This document shows, in pieces, positions 10,785 through 22,200 of a stretch of DNA of 62,514 nucleotides (position 1 is its first letter; the number at the start of each line of letters is the position of its first letter). The stretch lies in contig VFLK01000008.1 of assembly GCA_009885085.1 (NCBI GenBank), positions 1-62,514 of the forward strand. The letters run 5' to 3'. The notes under the pieces are model-generated. The model was not told the DNA's origin. It ran no database searches and saw only the letters and a program-made list of their open reading frames with translations. The position numbers and the translations under genes are program-made. Source of the DNA: Minisyncoccota bacterium. Its GTDB lineage: Bacteria > Patescibacteriota > Microgenomatia > UBA1400 > PJMF01.

Positions 10785-11966
10785 ATGAAAACTGCCCAAC
10801 AACTTTCATCAAAAAAACTAACATCTGTTTTTGTTGCTTCAGCAGTTTTATTTACTGGTCTCGCATTTAGACTACCTTCTCTAGAAATACCCTCTGTTTT
10901 GGCTCAAGTTCCAGAAGAAATGTTTATTCAAGATGACAAAGCATTACCAATGCCCACTCTACTTGAAGAGCCAGCAACCGAAACTGAGATTGCACCTTTA
11001 AATGAGTCAAAAACTACCGCACAAACCCAAGTAACACTAACTGCAATCCCTCCAAGAATTGGCGAAGACAATAGCCTTAAAGCATTACCAGGAGAAAAAC
11101 TCCAAGTCCAATTAAGAGTTAGAAACTTGTCAGAAAAAACTGTCAATGTTACAACAAGAGCCCAAGATTTTATCTTAAGTAGCGATGGTGAAACACCAAT
11201 CGCTATTGATGACGTGTCTTCAAATAGATGGAGTTTGGCATCTTGGCTAACAATCGCTCCAACAGAAAATACAATTGAACCAAATCAAACCATTGGCCTA
11301 AATGTTCTAATTGAGATACCTGAGGACGCGCTTCCTGGAGGTCATTATGCTATGGTTTTACACCAGCCAAGTCAATTAACTAATGATTTTGAACTCCAAG
11401 AAGACTCTCAATCAGCAGTTAATCAAAGAGTTGGTACGCTCATCTATGTGATTGTTGATGGTGATATAAATGAAGAAGCATATATTAGAAACTTCAGTTT
11501 TCCAACATTTACCGAATATGGTCCAGTTCCATTTTCATACACAATCGAAAACAACTCAGATGTTCACATCGTCCCTCAGATGAACGTTGAAGTTTTCAAC
11601 CTCTTAAATAAAAAAGTAGATGACATTCAAGTTGGATCAAAAAATGTTTTTCCACTAACTAGTAGAGATTTTGAAGGTAAATGGCAAAGAATCTGGGGAT
11701 TCGGACCTTACACAGCAAAATTAACTATGAGTTATGGAAGCAGTGGATCTATAGTTGTCGCCAGTAGTAAATTTTGGTTGCTACCTATCAAACTCGTTAT
11801 TGCTATCTTGACTACTCTATTAATCCTTGTAGTTTTAGCGCTTTCAATTAAAAAACATCTCAACCATAGAAGAGATATGGATAGAAAGAGAATAGCTGAG
11901 CTTGAGAATCAAATTAAAAATTCAAGTTCTAAAGAGAGTGATCAAGATGACACTCTACAACTTTAA
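10785..11966 (+). CDS. DUF916/DUF3324-like (WxL-interacting) surface protein
   Basis: SLASWL, IEIPEDALPGGHYAMVL, IENNSDVHIVP and GPYTAKL motifs; C-terminal TM helix and charged tail. Confidence 0.75.
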   Translation: MKTAQQLSSKKLTSVFVASAVLFTGLAFRLPSLEIPSVLAQVPEEMFIQDDKALPMPTLLEEPATETEIAPLNESKTTAQTQVTLTAIPPRIGEDNSLKALPGEKLQVQLRVRNLSEKTVNVTTRAQDFILSSDGETPIAIDDVSSNRWSLASWLTIAPTENTIEPNQTIGLNVLIEIPEDALPGGHYAMVLHQPSQLTNDFELQEDSQSAVNQRVGTLIYVIVDGDINEEAYIRNFSFPTFTEYGPVPFSYTIENNSDVHIVPQMNVEVFNLLNKKVDDIQVGSKNVFPLTSRDFEGKWQRIWGFGPYTAKLTMSYGSSGSIVVASSKFWLLPIKLVIAILTTLLILVVLALSIKKHLNHRRDMDRKRIAELENQIKNSSSKESDQDDTLQL

Positions 11967-14091
11967 TAAAAAAAATTCTCATAATCTTTCAGGATTTCTA
12001 ATATTTGGTTTGTTTCTTTTACTGTCTGTTCTTATTTCAAGAACGTCATTTTTAAACACACCACAAACGTTTGCTCAAGTAGGTGGAGTCGCTCCAGGAG
12101 AAACACTAGAAACAAATCCAAAAATTAGGAATGCCATTGTTACTGCAACTGTCCCAGATATTATTCCCCCCTCCGCTCCAATATTAATATCTCCAGAAGA
12201 TGATACCCTGCTTAACGATGCTACTCCTACATTTATTTGGCAAGGATCTACTGATAACGTGGGAATAAGTTATTACCAAGTTTATTTAGATGGTTCTATT
12301 TTATATAACAATATTCCTACCTCAAGCACCTCAAACTCATATTATGCTCTCGTTTATAATTCTGGATCTGGACAGTACTCACTTACTCCAACTGCATCTA
12401 TTAATAATGGTGTTCATACCTGGGCAATATATGTCTTTGACGCAGCTGGAAACCATAATAACTCAGCGACCTGGAGTTTTAATATTGACACCCTTGCACC
12501 AAGTTTCATCATTACTTCGATTGGACCAATTTCTACAAGTATCTCCGCACAAGATCTTGGATCAATTCCGGATGACCCAATTGAGCTAGAGGACAACTCT
12601 CCAGAATTTATTGGAACTGGAGAAAGCAACTCGACTGTCAAAGTGACCGTGTCGATACCTGGAGAAGCAGATCAAATCATTAACTTTACAATTGACGGAA
12701 GCGGTAATTGGAATTTTCAACTAGGCATATTACCAAGAGATGAAATCATCACTTTAAACTTCGTTATTACTGATTCGGTTGGAAATATCAGCATTATCAC
12801 GGATTTAAAAATTTTAATTATTCAAGAATATATTATCTATCCTCCTACGCCAACACCGACTCCTACTGTAACACCTACACCAACGCCAAGTCCGACACCA
12901 ACGCCCACTCCTTCTCCTGGAGTTTTACCAACACCACAACCATCTGCACCGCCCACACCTTGGGTAACACCACCGCCTACTCCAATTATTAAAATACCGA
13001 TCATACCTCTTGATGAAATTGTCGTAATAATCATTAAAGAAATAGAAAAACTACTTCCTGAATCAATTGTTGCAATAATTTCTCAGACTCCAGAGATTAT
13101 ACGAGCAGCAATTCTAAAAACAACGGAGTTCTTGGCACCTTCTGGAACATTGGTAGCCACCGCGGTTATTCCAATTTTTAGTTTTTTGACTCTTCTACTT
13201 CAACTTGGTGAGCAAATGTCATGGCAACTCATCGTAAAAATCCTCCAAGCTCTCGGGCTCTTACCACCCAAAGAACCTCAAGGAATTGTCTATGATTCTG
13301 ACACGAATGCTCCTGTTGCCTTTGCTTTATTAACCATAACTTCAGCCGAGGTGAGCATAAACCACCCAATTATTGCAACCATAGTTACGGATGTTAATGG
13401 AATTTATCAGGGAGCTCAACTTCCAAAGGGAAAATATATTATCAGCGTAAGTCATCAAGACTTTAAATTCCCTACAGAAAAGCAAAGACCTTCCTACTTA
13501 ACAGTACAAGAATTTTATCGAGGAGAGGTTTTTGAAGTATCATCAAGTGACTTTCAACAACTTTTTTTAATCCCAGTCGACAAATTAACAGAAACGCATG
13601 AGAACAGATCATTAAAGAAAACTTTGAGAAGAATTATTCAAAAAATCAGGTTTATTAATCTATTCTGGCCACTACTCACCATATCAGTCATCATAACAAT
13701 CTTCTATCCAACCGTAATAAACCTGGTGGTGCTAATGTTCTACGCATTTATTTTACTTAAAAAAGCTCTAAAATCACTGAAAAGACCAAGCTTGTCAGGA
13801 TATGTTGTCAATACTAACGAATCTCCAGTCGAGAACGCGATAATTAGAATCAACGATCTAGAGAAAAGTAGACTTATTGCCTTGGTAACCACCAACAGCA
13901 AGGGTTACTTCTCTGCTTTCCTAGAACCGAACAAGTATCAAATTCAGGTGAGCAAAAACGGCTTTGTTTGGATGAGAGAAGGATCTCAACTTAGCTTAGA
14001 AGAAATCGACGTTACGCAAGAAAGAACGAGCTTAAAGATAGCAATGAAGGACGTTAACGAACTCTATAAAGAGATGTTTAAAGAAAATTAG
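11947..14091 (+). CDS. Membrane-anchored surface protein: Ig-like (Big) domains, Pro/Thr linker, carboxypeptidase-regulatory-like domains
   Basis: DIIPPSAPILISP, STDNVGISYYQVYLDG, FDAAGN Ig-like motifs; PTPTP repeat; two TDxNG/TNxKG prealbumin-like domains; ATG 11947 preferred over 11902. Confidence 0.75.
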   Translation: MTLYNFNKKNSHNLSGFLIFGLFLLLSVLISRTSFLNTPQTFAQVGGVAPGETLETNPKIRNAIVTATVPDIIPPSAPILISPEDDTLLNDATPTFIWQGSTDNVGISYYQVYLDGSILYNNIPTSSTSNSYYALVYNSGSGQYSLTPTASINNGVHTWAIYVFDAAGNHNNSATWSFNIDTLAPSFIITSIGPISTSISAQDLGSIPDDPIELEDNSPEFIGTGESNSTVKVTVSIPGEADQIINFTIDGSGNWNFQLGILPRDEIITLNFVITDSVGNISIITDLKILIIQEYIIYPPTPTPTPTVTPTPTPSPTPTPTPSPGVLPTPQPSAPPTPWVTPPPTPIIKIPIIPLDEIVVIIIKEIEKLLPESIVAIISQTPEIIRAAILKTTEFLAPSGTLVATAVIPIFSFLTLLLQLGEQMSWQLIVKILQALGLLPPKEPQGIVYDSDTNAPVAFALLTITSAEVSINHPIIATIVTDVNGIYQGAQLPKGKYIISVSHQDFKFPTEKQRPSYLTVQEFYRGEVFEVSSSDFQQLFLIPVDKLTETHENRSLKKTLRRIIQKIRFINLFWPLLTISVIITIFYPTVINLVVLMFYAFILLKKALKSLKRPSLSGYVVNTNESPVENAIIRINDLEKSRLIALVTTNSKGYFSAFLEPNKYQIQVSKNGFVWMREGSQLSLEEIDVTQERTSLKIAMKDVNELYKEMFKEN
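12841..12985 (+). repeat. Pro-Thr low-complexity linker
   Basis: PPTPTPTPTVTPTPTPSPTPTPTPSPG... Confidence 0.85.
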
Positions 14092-14897
14092 TTAAAGCAC
14101 TTCGCAGTCACCCTTAAATTCAAACCATTTCAGCAAACCTTTGATTGCAAAATAACCAGCACACAAGCAACTAATTAAATGTAAGATTGACCACCCAAAT
14201 AGATTAATAACCATTGGTAAACAATATATTAACTCTATCTACGCTTCAGAATTGACTAACGTAGCTAGCAAACAACATTGAAGCTTTGCCGGTACTTCAA
14301 AAATTGATGTAAATAATATTGATGCTTTGTAGGTTCTCCAAAAAATAGGTTTAAACGACACAACTAATTAAATATTAAGAAAAACAACCTCAAAGATTCA
14401 TAGATACTTTTTGATCAATATTGACTCTTTAATAGCAAAATCCTATAAAAACATTGATTGCTTCAAAATGGGCTTTATATAATTAATTAGACCAATCCAC
14501 CATCTTACTTATGAATGAGCCAACTTAGATGCTTCGTAGCCATTAATCGATATAAACTCCTCATATTCGTAGTTAATTCGCCTAATTAGACTATATCCGT
14601 ATAATTATTGTACAGGTTTAAACACAATATTTTATTATTGCATAATTCAAGAATTATTCCCGCACCATCTGGTAGATTATTAACGCATTACTATTTGTTA
14701 GACTATAAGTATATAAAATTATATTTTATTCATCAAAATATTTATAAAATAAATTACACCCGAAAATAGATACCATTTTGGCACAATAAATGATAAATTC
14801 CTATGTTGGTAACTTAACCAACGAGATTCGTCTTTGTGTTGGGTAATTAAGAAAATTGTTGAAAATGATTTCTAGTCGGTGCAGATGAAAAATAGAT

Positions 14898-15761
14898 TCA
14901 ATAAGTAGAAATGATGAAATTTAACTTAGAAAGAATCTCTTTTACGTTCGGAACTTCATCAAAATAGTGTCCACAAAAACCCGGATCCTCCATTAAAATG
15001 TCGATCAAACGATCATATACCAAATTTAAGTCAATTTTATGCCTATCTGTAAATCTTTTGTCTGTATGCAATGTCGTTAGCAATCTAGATACATCGTCGC
15101 TAATTCCAGAGTAAGACTCCACTGCGTCTAGTAATCCGTACTTATCAATTATAAGACTTCTAAGCGAAGCTATTTTCCATTTGCCCACCGAAAACATTAA
15201 AATAGAATCCCTGTACATTTGCTCGCACTCTTGAGTAACCTTTTCTGAAAATGAAAACGGAGAGGCATAAACTCCGCGACTAATAGAAACGGCACCTTCA
15301 GCAACTAGTAAAGCCCGTAAGTACCTGAACTGTTTATCACTCTTAGGAGCCTTAACAAACACCAGACAATCCCAGCTGCCTTGCCACTCGTCCCATTTCG
15401 AAGATAAAGCCGGAAATTGATCCTCCAATGCTTTAATGCCGTGCTGAGTTATACCTATTGAAGTTGTTCCGAGCACTCTTTCAGAATTAATTAGACCGCT
15501 CCTCTTTAAAACATGTAATAGCGATCGTTTTCCACCCTCAGTTAGATCGGAAAGTACTATATTTAAGTTCGAAAGTTTAATTCTACCGCCACCTGAACCC
15601 AATTTTTCCCTGTTCAAATTACTTTCTATAACAACTTGATTTTCATCTTTTGCAGTATTGGGTCTATAATAATTAGATTCGCTTTTAGTTCGTATATCTA
15701 CAGGCAAAGAACTTGGATTATAATAAAGAGAGAGTAATAGTTTTTGGGTGTTTTTTTTCAT
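14898..15761 (-). CDS. PaaX-like transcriptional regulator (winged HTH + Cas2-like middle domain)
   Basis: RSLLHVLKRSGLI...IGITQHG wHTH, WDEWQGSWDCLVF, FRYLRALL, RGVYASP and C-terminal EDPG match the PaaX family layout. Confidence 0.8.
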   Translation of the reverse strand: MKKNTQKLLLSLYYNPSSLPVDIRTKSESNYYRPNTAKDENQVVIESNLNREKLGSGGGRIKLSNLNIVLSDLTEGGKRSLLHVLKRSGLINSERVLGTTSIGITQHGIKALEDQFPALSSKWDEWQGSWDCLVFVKAPKSDKQFRYLRALLVAEGAVSISRGVYASPFSFSEKVTQECEQMYRDSILMFSVGKWKIASLRSLIIDKYGLLDAVESYSGISDDVSRLLTTLHTDKRFTDRHKIDLNLVYDRLIDILMEDPGFCGHYFDEVPNVKEILSKLNFIISTY

Positions 15762-15817
15762 TGTTTAAATTTTTGCAATAATATAAATATGTTGTTTTTA
15801 TATCTCAAAGTTTTTAT

Positions 15818-15826
15818 TTATCCACA
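15818..15826 (+). promoter_or_regulatory. Perfect DnaA box in the PaaX-like/giant-gene divergent intergenic region
   Basis: TTATCCACA. Confidence 0.5.
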
Positions 15827-16145
15827 ATTTTGCACCGAATCTTCAAAATGCTAACAAGTTATCAACATTTAACTAGTCAATTCTTATTCCCTGCCTTGTA
15901 GAGATGTCATTAACTTTAATGTTTAGTTTTCACTTCACATAGTATCAAGTTTTTACATATATTTACATACGAGATTTTTCTAATGTATATATAGTATATA
16001 AATCACAAACTTCCCAAGAGAAGCGAAACAAGACCAAAATCCTGATATATTTTGATATTTAGAGAATGAGACAAATGAGTACAAAATTTGGCATTTATTT
16101 ACCGCAAAACACTAGGACTGATCATTGACATCTCAATCGAGTATT

Positions 16146-16172
16146 CTTGAGGTATTGACCTTGTACCTCAAG
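16146..16172. promoter_or_regulatory. Inverted repeat upstream of the giant gene (candidate operator)
   Basis: CTTGAGGTA-N9-TACCTCAAG, just downstream of TTGACA at 16125-16130 and about 65 nt before ATG. Confidence 0.45.
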
Positions 16173-16237
16173 TTATCTAAACTGAATAACAGCTCATCTA
16201 ATGAGTCTAACTAATCTGGTACAAACTTAAATATTTA

Positions 16238-19200
16238 ATGACTGTCCAAGCAAAATATATAACCAGCATAATTGAAACATTTTCCACATACTTGGAAAGT
16301 CTAAACGTATCTACAGCACTGGGCGAAGAAACCACCGTTTCTTTTATCAAATTTCTTCAACACAAAAAAGATTACAGCTCTTGGACGATGTCTGAGCTGG
16401 AAAAATTCATTGAAACTGAAAAACTAGGCTCTAACACCGCCATCTTGATTAGACGCTACATTGAGAACTTTACTCCCTTCCAAACCGACATATTCTTGCA
16501 TCAATTTCTTGGCTCTCTCAAATTTGAGAACAAATCCAGCTCAACCATAAAAAATTACAGAAGTGACATCTCACAATTTATTTCTCTTGTTGAAGCAAAA
16601 AAAATTACTGCCCTATTTTCTCAAGAAAATATCAAGAAGTTTGTGAAGGATCAATTTTCAAAAAATTTAAAGGCTTCGAGTGTCAAGAGAAAGCTGATTA
16701 GTATTGCTCAGTTTGCAGCCTGGGCAGAAAATGAAAAACTAATTGAAAATGTTTCTTTCTGGATTTCAGACGTAGAAAGTTTGTTTGGGAAAAAGACTAA
16801 CGGCGACAAATCTAAAAATGAGGCAATTTCCTCTGGGGTTAAAACCGAAGAAAGTATGAAACTGGGCAGTTTGCATGGGGAAAAATTAGCTAGTTATCAA
16901 CTTGATGACTTTTTAGTTAGCCTTGAGGTTGATGAAAGTAGCAAATCCACAATTAAAAATTATAAGAGTGATATTTCTCAGCTTATTGCTTTTACTGGAG
17001 ACCTGAGACTGACAAGTGTTATTACTCAAGAAAACTTGGGGAAATTTATTTCGTACCAGAAGGCAAAAGACCTCAAACAGAACAGTATTAAGAGAAAAAT
17101 TGTTAGTATTTCTCAGTTTGCCGCCTGGGCTGAAAAAAGAGGTGATCTCAAAAATGTTGCATTATGGCTTAATAATCTGTATTTAGGTGATTCCAGACAT
17201 TCACCAGTGACTAACGTGCCAGTTACTGCGCCTGTAAAAATAATTGGTGCAGATCACAATATCGTACTGAAACTTAAAGACCATGTAAAAGTCATCAAAA
17301 ATGAAGAAGCAGAAATTTCTCAAGAAAAAAAGGGCAAACGCTGGTTATTACCATTTCCAAAATTATTTAGCGAAAAGAACTATACAGACGAGAAAATCAA
17401 AAATAATTATTATTCCAATCTGAAGATTGGCACTGTAGAAAAATTGTTAGCTAGCTCAAAAAGAAAAACAAAATCATTTTTACCATATGTTAACTTTGCA
17501 ATGTTTATTCTTTTCTTCTTGGGACTAGGATACTTTGGATACAGCCAATTTATTGAACAATCTGCCGAATTATTAGCATATCCATCCACACCAGTTAGAC
17601 CGAACAGAGAGCTTTCTTTCCAGGGTAGATTAACCGATACTGCTCAAAATCCAGTCACCAGTGCTACAAATATGGCTTTCCGTTTGTATGACACGGGCCC
17701 GGGAAGTGGCGGAGTTTTGCTCTGGAACTCAAGCACTTGTAGTGTTACTCCAGATCAAGATGGTATTTTCAATGTTGGCCTAGGCGACGACTGTGGTGCC
17801 GAGATTACGGAGAATGTCTTCACCGAGAACTCCAATGTATGGCTCGAGGTCGAGGTCGCAGCTGAAACTCTTACGCCAAGACAAAGTATCAAGACTGTGG
17901 CCTACGCCCTAAACTCTGAGACCATCCAAGGGTATCCAATCAGCGCCACCGGGGCTGCAACTACAAATTCAATACTGTTCATGGATGGCGCTGGCCAAGT
18001 TGTCTTGGGTGAAGTCTCTCCAACTTTGAAAGCAACAACTGGAACTTTCTCAATTGAGGCACAGGCTTTAACCCTTAAAACCAGTTCTGGCTCAAATGGA
18101 GACATAATTTTTAATCCTAACGGGCTCGGAGAAGTGCTATCCACCGGGTATTTTTCAGCTCCTGGAGCAACATTTGCAGCAACTTATGCAGGTGGAACAA
18201 GTTTAGTACTCAAGGGTGGCCCATCTGGTACAGCTAATATTCAAGAGTGGCAAAATAGTAGTGGAACTCCACTCAGTACTATTTCAAGTGCTGGAGTAGC
18301 AAACTTAGCAGGACTAACTATTAATTCTGCCTATACCTTCCCAACTGCTGATGGAACAGCTAACTATGTTCTTTCAACTAATGGTTCTGGAACTGTTACT
18401 TGGGCAGATCCTGCAGCTGCTGCTGCTTCAAGTATTCCTTGGATTCAAGGAGCAGGTATTCTCTATCCAAAGAATAGTACTGTTGATTTACTAATTGGTG
18501 GACAATCTACTGCTTCTGCTAAGTTTAAAGTTACTGGAATGAATAGTGGTACTCCTACTGCTTCTATCAGTGGTACCACTGCTAATGTTGCTACTTATTT
18601 AACTGGAGAAGGTACTTTATCTACTACTAATATGGCTCCATTAGTATTAGGTAGTGCTACTACTGGAAGTATTGCTCTTAATCCTAAAGGTACTACTGGA
18701 TTGTTTGTAGATGGAGCTGGGAATGTTGGGATTGGGACGACGACTCCAGCAGCAACACTAGAAATAAGCCAGACTTTTGTATCCGCCAACACCGAAGTCG
18801 AAATGTTTCGAACATCACGTAAAACTTCCGGTACGGGTTCCACTGGAATAGGCGCTTATACCAGCACATATCTTCAGGATGCTGGTGGTACTATGGTCGA
18901 GGCTGGGCGGCTTAGTTTTAGGCTTCACGACGCCACCAACGGTGCCAACACTGCTTCTCAATTTGTTGCCTATACTGAGCGAGAGACTTTTACTAATTTG
19001 CTCCCTGTATTTACCGCCTATTCCACCTCAAGTGATCGTTATTTATGTATGAACGGTATCGACAATATTACCACCTCAGACGACGACTGCTTTGGTATGA
19101 CAATCGGCAGTGGTCACGCCATCAATTTTCGTAGCCTTGGCGCCAATCATTTAGGCTTAATTTATGACAATTCCATCAACCAAATGAGTGTTACCGCTCC

Positions 19201-22200
19201 TTCGACTGACAGTCTCGCCCTGATAACCCTCCAATCAACTGCAATATTTTTTGACGCAGCCAATAATGGTGCCGATATGTATATCAATCCCAACGGCAAT
19301 GTTGGAATTGGTACCACCACCCCTCTTGGAAAATTCGATGTCCAAGGTGCCGTAAAAGGCAAAGCCCTCTCAATCTTTAACGAGACTGGTGATCAAGACA
19401 TTATTACTGCCTCAGTTTCAGGAGTAACCAAATTTAGAGTGGCAAATGATGGCTATGTGTACGGTGAAAGATTTGTTGACAACTCAAATTCTAGTTATTA
19501 TGTTGATCCAGCTGCTGGTGGTAGCTCAGCACTCTTTGCTGGAAATCTGGGTGTAGGAACCCTTGGTCCAGATGCAAGAGTAGATTCACTTGCAACATCT
19601 GGAGAACAATTAAGACTAACTTATACAGACGGATCTGTTTATACAGGTTTTACCACCAATTCAGGAGGTGATTTAACAATTATCCCTTCTGGAGGTGATA
19701 TAAGTGTTACAGGCAACATTTTACCTTCTGTCGATGATACTTATACACTAGGATCTACTTCTCTTAGATGGCAAGATATATTTTTGGGTCCAAATACCGC
19801 TCACATTGGTACATCTTTAACAGATGAAGGAACGATATCATACGATACAACTGGAAACATCTTAAACTTTGGAACTGACAGCACAGCCAACGGTGACATT
19901 GCATTCTTTACAGATGATCTATATTTAGATAAATCTGCTGGCAGAGTTGGAATTGGAACTACTGTTCCTGGATTTGTTTTAGACGTTGCTGGTACAGCTA
20001 GTGTTGATTCATTAAACATTAACTCTGCTTATACATTCCCAACAGCTGATGGAACAAATACATATGTACTAACAACCAATGGTAGTGGAACTGTTTCATG
20101 GGCAGCTCAAGCAGGTGCTAGCTTGTTTACAGATGCTGGCACTTTCACTTATTTAACTTCAACAACTGATGATTTGGCTCTTGGCGGAAATACTGCTGGT
20201 GCTTCATTCTTCTATGATGCATCTCAAGAACAACTAAATTTAATATCTACTATTGGAGCCGATGAAGCTTTATACGTATCCACTGCTGTTGGCGCAACTG
20301 CTTCAATCAATCTTGTGAACTTTACTTCTTCAAACGCTCTAAATACTCAAAATATTGTTAGAATACAGAATGACAGCGCAGGAACTGGCATAGATCTTAA
20401 TAACTATGGAAGTTCATATGGTATAGATATTGATAATGGTACCACAGGAACAAATTTTGGTCTTTATGTTCGATCAAGTGCAAATGCTGTCGCTGCTGCT
20501 GGACTTGCTAAGTTTGCTGTAACTAACTCTGCCTTTGATAGAGATATTGTTGAAATATCGAATTTAGGCATTGCTGATGGATTATATATTAATCAATCAA
20601 CCACTGGAATTGGTCGAGGGCTTTATGCTTATTCTAATGTTGGTGTGACCGCAACAGACTCACTCGCATTTTTTCACGCCAACGATATTGCCTTCGATCA
20701 ATCTGTCCTTGAAATTACCAACGACGGTGTTGGCAATGCGCTTCTCGTTAATAACCTTGGAACTGGAGCTTCTTTTAGAGTCAATGACGCAGTAGCCCTA
20801 GATACAACTCCATTTCTTATTGATGAAAGTGGCAATGTTGGAATTGGCAGCACCAATCCAGCCTTCTTGCTCGATGTTTCTGGCTCAGAAGCCACTACCT
20901 ACATTTCTCGAATTAGAAACACAAACACAACCGACACTGCCGATGGTTTACTTGTTAGACTGGACGTTGCAACAACTGCAACCGGCATGTATTTTGTTGG
21001 ATTTAGTCACTCAGCTACAATTGGAGGAAAAATACAAGGAAGTGCAACTGACAATCAAGTTACATATACCACATCTGGAACTGACTATGCAGAATACTTT
21101 TTGGTTAATGATCAATCAAACAGACCAGATTTTGGTGATTTAATTACTATTTCAGACAATACATCTAATAGCGTAGAAAAAGCGGTTAACAACAAACACT
21201 TGCTAGGAGTTGTGACGGACACTCCAGGATTTGTTGGTAACGGATCAATATGTCCAGAGAATATGCAGGAAGAATGTGATGCTCATCATGAAGATATAAA
21301 CGTTCTAGTTGGTCTTACTGGACAGATCAATACCAAAGTTTCAAACATTAATGGAGCAATAAAACAGGGAGATGCTCTAACAAGTTCAAATATTCCTGGC
21401 GTTGCCGTAAAAGCTACAGAGGCCGGATATATAATTGGACATGCTTTGGAATCATTTAATGCTAATACCACCTCTAAAATCAGAGTAATGGTCTATCCAT
21501 CGTGGTATGACCCAAATATGTACTTTACATCTACTGGCGATCTTCAAATTCAGGGACAAGAAGATAATTACACACTTAAAAATACTGCCTCAAATACTAT
21601 AATTGAAAAAATTGGAGCTTTTTCAAAGATAATTTCAGCAAATATAACTGCTGGAATTGCATATGTCAAAAATTTAAATGCAGATGTGTTAACAGTTAAT
21701 CAGCAACTAATCTCTCCAATAGCAAATATAGATACTCTAAATTCAACTAACATTAATGTTGAAAACGAGATCAAAACCAATAAACTAACTGCAAAAGAAA
21801 CCTCATTGGGTAGCTTGTTAGCTCAAGACGCTACTATATCTGGAACACTAAATGTTGCTACTATTTCTGCAACAAATATCACTTCTAAAACTGTTGAAAC
21901 TGGAACCTTACTTTCTGACGAATTAAATACCTTAACTGCTTCTATTTCTGGAAAATTAACCGCAGACTCAGTTGATACTGCTTCAATTTCTGCAACTAAC
22001 ATTGACGTAACTTCTGCCAGAATCACTGCTCTTGAAGCTGGTATCGCTCAACTAGAAAGCGTCAAAGCTAACACCGCCGAAATCGTCAACGCCACCGTGT
22101 CTGGAACACTATATGCAAACAATATCTACGACTTCGAAAATAAGATTGCAACTTCACTACAAAAACCAGGTCTACTCGATCTTCTCACTGGTCAAAACAA

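Noticed and set aside
14898..15761. Cas2 / CRISPR system
   Set aside because: The Cas2-like fold is the PaaX middle domain; no cas genes or repeat-spacer array in the window
16238..17200. Active integrase/prophage or ICE
   Set aside because: Only SAM-like binding domains are present; no catalytic domain, att sites or phage structural genes were seen
18320..20110. Diversity-generating retroelement TR/VR pair
   Set aside because: The duplicated block differs mostly at synonymous positions, not specifically at adenines, and there is no reverse transcriptase in the window
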